This document shows, one piece after another, positions 63,508-64,000 of a stretch of DNA of 64,000 nt. Each line of letters opens with the position of its first letter. Position 1 is the first letter of the stretch. The notes under the pieces were generated by a model. It saw nothing but the letters and a program-made list of their open reading frames with translations, did no database searches and was not told where the DNA came from. The position numbers were made by a program, and so were the translations under genes. Source of the stretch: Mustelus asterias (taxonomy: Eukaryota); contig NC_135808.1 in assembly GCF_964213995.1 (NCBI RefSeq), forward strand, positions 23,498,001-23,562,000, given 5' to 3'.

Positions 63508-64000
63508 ATTAGCCATGTGCTAGTGAGGTGAGGAATAGGCAGATAATGCAGCTCAACTCGTGGCTAAACAGCTGGTGTGGGTGGGAGGTTTTCAGCTGTC
63601 TGGACCATTGGGGTCTCTTCCGGGGCAGATGGGACCTGCACAAGAAGGACAGGTTGCATCTAAACTGGAGGGACACAAGTATTCTGGCCGGGAGGTTTGC
63701 TAGTGTCACACGGGAGGATTTAAACTAGTTTGGCAGGGTGGTGGGACCCAAAGGAAAGGTGAATTAGCTGAAGGGGAACGAGAGAGTAGGGCCAGTAAGA
63801 CTCAGGGAATACAGCGAGGTAATATGGGTAGAGTTCAGGAATAGGAAAGGTGTGGTCACAATGTTGGGGTTTTACTATAGGCCACCTAACTGTCAGCGGG
63901 AGATTGAGGAATAGATGTGTAGGCAGATTTTGGCAAGGTGTAAAAGTAACAGGGTTGTTGTGGTGGTAGATTTTAATTTCCCCCATATTGACTGGGACTC
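63508..64000 (+). mobile_element. CR1 ORF1 esterase end and ORF2 endonuclease fragment
   Basis: QLNSWLNSWC...DHWGLF...LHLNW...ILAGRF; FYYRPPN, VVVDFNFP. Confidence 0.8.

Overview
Eukaryotic, repeat-dense DNA from a shark, probably a carcharhiniform. This is inferred from HE1-type tRNA-derived SINEs, CR1 LINEs, Penelope-like elements and a shark-type MHC class I fragment. The host genes form a small cluster of two-exon, GPR139/GPR142-like rhodopsin-class GPCRs. Gene A is intact (- strand; exon 1 19671-19734, exon 2 12018-12916; 320 aa). Gene C is intact (+ strand; exon 1 56756-56819, exon 2 59103-60043; 334 aa). There is also a pseudogenised exon 2 with no visible exon 1 (P, +, 29308-30173) and an open exon 1 with no exon 2 of its own (B, -, 49675-49738). 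The three 64-nt first exons are not in the ORF track and share a promoter motif that resembles an O/E (EBF) site next to TATA/homeodomain-like motifs. Two defective endogenous retroviruses lie between the genes. One (39466-46935) has RNase H and most of integrase replaced by a palindromic Penelope-derived element and a host MHC class I alpha-2 exon joined in frame to the integrase C-terminus, and its two LTRs are discordant. Other notable items: a U2 snRNA-headed retroposon with an 18-bp TSD, hammerhead-ribozyme-like cores in Penelope termini, a locally templated inverted insertion in nested CR1s, and a SINE with a 13-fold amplified A-box. All family assignments are by eye, without database searches.
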